A stretch of 64,000 nt of DNA from Eledone cirrhosa (lineage: Eukaryota), in contig OZ024740.1 in assembly GCA_964016885.1 (NCBI GenBank), positions 104,532,001 through 104,596,000 of the forward strand, given 5' to 3'. The notes below the pieces were generated by a model. The model was given only the letters and a program-made list of their open reading frames with translations. It was not told the origin of the DNA and searched no databases. Position numbers and translations under genes: made by a program. How positions within the stretch are numbered: position 1 is the stretch's first letter; each line of letters opens with the position of its first letter. Shown here in pieces: positions 62,992 through 64,000 of the stretch.

Positions 62992-63147
62992 TAGAGGATT
63001 ATATATCATTGTGTGACGATATGCAAAACATGTTATAGCGTTCTGATACTATTTATTCCTAATAGTGCTTTTCATCTGTTTCAAATGTCCATCATTTATT
63101 GATACAAATAAAGTGGATGTATTATGAAAAGAGTTTGTGCTCATTTA
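62992..63147 (+). repeat. Outer element 3' LTR
   Basis: Follows the PPT; TATA-like TATTTAT at 63050; AATAAA at 63107. Confidence 0.9.
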
Positions 63148-63163
63148 ATACATACATATATAT

Positions 63164-63696
63164 ATGATGGCTGCCCCCTCGTTATCGAGTATGGCCATTG
63201 CACGATATACCATTATTAATAATTATTAATTAATTCTATCGTGCAATGCCTGTGCATGAAGATATTTTTTAAAGTGAGGAAAAACTGTGCACTGAGCCAA
63301 TCCCAGTCTCTGAGCGACAGTAGCTATACCCGAAAAGAAAAGATCAACATCATCAGTAACTACTGAGCCGCAGGTTTTATATCGGAGTTATCCCAGTTTC
63401 ATGAGTTGCCTTCTCCTAGAAGAATGCCCTGACAAAGGCTAGGGATCCTTCACTCCCAGTGGGATTATCGTGTGGTACATGTATATATACATATTTACAC
63501 ACTTTCGGATGGCTGTTGACTCTTATGAGTTCTTCCACCCTTTGTCAGGTTTTGTTTTTTGTCCTGCAGGTTGTCCAAAATCACCCTCCTCACCAAGTAA
63601 ACTTTGTGGGGTTGCCAGTTTAGTCGCTGATGACCGGACCATGCGACAGGTTGTACTGGGTTACATGTTACCAGTAGCACTCAAGAGTGACCCGAC
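63164..63696 (-). mobile_element. Bipartite RTE-derived non-autonomous element (5'UTR plus tail)
   Basis: Minus strand carries the RTE 5'UTR-like CTAGGAGAAGGCAACTC and the tail ...CTCGATAACGAGGGGGCAGCCATCAT; no ORF; lies in a TA/TACA tract. Confidence 0.55.
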
Positions 63697-63699
63697 ATA

Positions 63700-63950
63700 T
63701 CTATATATATATATATATCCTTAAATATATATATATATACAGATATACATACATACATACACATATATACATACATATATATACATACATACATACATAC
63801 ACATATATACATACATATATATATATATATACATACATACATACATACACATATATACATACATATATATATATATTCATACATACATACATACACATAT
63901 ATACATATTCATACATACATACATACACATATATACATACACATATATAC
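63700..63950. repeat. (TA)/(TACA) microsatellite
   Basis: Directly visible. Confidence 0.95.
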
Positions 63951-64000
63951 ATTCTACTTATAAATTACTTTAAATATATATAGTATGCTACTTGAAAGTC

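Larger units (their letters stand above)
55599..63147 (+). mobile_element. Outer Gypsy LTR retrotransposon (Mag-like integrase), gag-PR-RT deleted
   Basis: LTR pair; 5-bp TSD ATACA; PPT GGAGGGGGA at 62983-62991; integrase LHSAHQG..|..RAESSVFWPG...PFQCICADYF...VDRYSNW split by the inner element. Confidence 0.9.

Overview
AT-rich, repeat-saturated animal genomic DNA, probably an octopod cephalopod (inferred from the SINE/RTE repeat types only). The only host gene I can support is STUB1/CHIP on the minus strand: three small exons (37455-37620, 21665-21740, 15057-15113) separated by transposon-filled introns of 15.7 kb and 6.6 kb. The rest is mostly mobile DNA: about a dozen copies of an RTE LINE (one near full length, with a PHD finger inside the RT region), a CR1-type LINE, an R4/Dong-type RLE LINE, two nested Gypsy LTR elements, tRNA-derived SINEs, DNA-transposon MITEs and microsatellites. 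Two features stand out. (1) A family of ~320-nt tandem/inverted non-coding units (21.1-21.6 kb and 39.5-40.3 kb) carries type I hammerhead ribozymes with a variant UUGAUAA core and compensatory changes in all three stems. These are candidate retrozymes/circular RNAs, and they sit near Naiad-type Penelope remnants and other hammerheads, several inserted in (TA)n. (2) The outer Gypsy element has TA..TA LTR ends and a non-tRNA primer site complementary to its own LTR, which suggests self-priming. All calls were made by eye; no searches or folding computations were run.
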